Below are positions 63,763-64,000 of a DNA stretch of 64,000 nt, in pieces. Position 1 is the stretch's first letter. Each line of letters begins with the position of its first letter. The translations under genes and the position numbers were made by a program. The notes under the pieces were generated by a model. That model was not told where the DNA came from, did no database searches, and saw nothing but the letters and a program-made list of their open reading frames with translations. This DNA is from Octopus sinensis (Eukaryota), in assembly GCF_006345805.1 (NCBI RefSeq), contig NC_043000.1:110918001-110982000 (forward strand), written 5' to 3'.

Positions 63763-64000
63763 TATATATATTCATATATATTCATGTCTAAAAATTTGTG
63801 TGTGTATATATGTATGCATTTATGTATGTATGTATGTATGGATGTGTGAGGAGATTAAACAACTTTTTTTTAGCTGAAACGAAATGTTTTGGGACCAAAG
63901 AAGCCGCTTCACCGGTTGGAAGAAGGAAACCTGGCTTTATAGAGAAACGTGAACAATTTCCTTGTTTGCTCTGTTAAGACTTTCACTTCACACGCTCCCA

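Overview
AT-rich, microsatellite-rich eukaryotic genomic DNA. The SINE and LINE repertoire looks like octopus or a related cephalopod (inferred from recalled repeat families, not from a search). The only host gene I can support is a + strand procollagen galactosyltransferase (COLGALT/GT25 family). It has 13 GT-AG exons from 4335 to 43581 that splice in frame to about 517 aa ending in KVEL; the 5' exon(s) lie upstream of the window. Introns and the downstream intergenic region are filled with RTE LINE 3' ends, several tRNA-derived SINE families, a Helitron, piggyBac-type and Tc1/mariner-type MITEs, an R4/Dong LINE remnant and a 26-nt minisatellite grown out of an RTE tail. The most interesting signal is a set of Penelope-type type-I hammerhead ribozyme motifs from about five or six families, mostly inside fold-back insertions. 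One family fuses a tRNA-derived Pol III head to a hammerhead and has Penelope-style inverted ends with target-site duplications, making it a candidate Penelope-mobilised, ribozyme-bearing SINE. All alignments and folds were done by eye.
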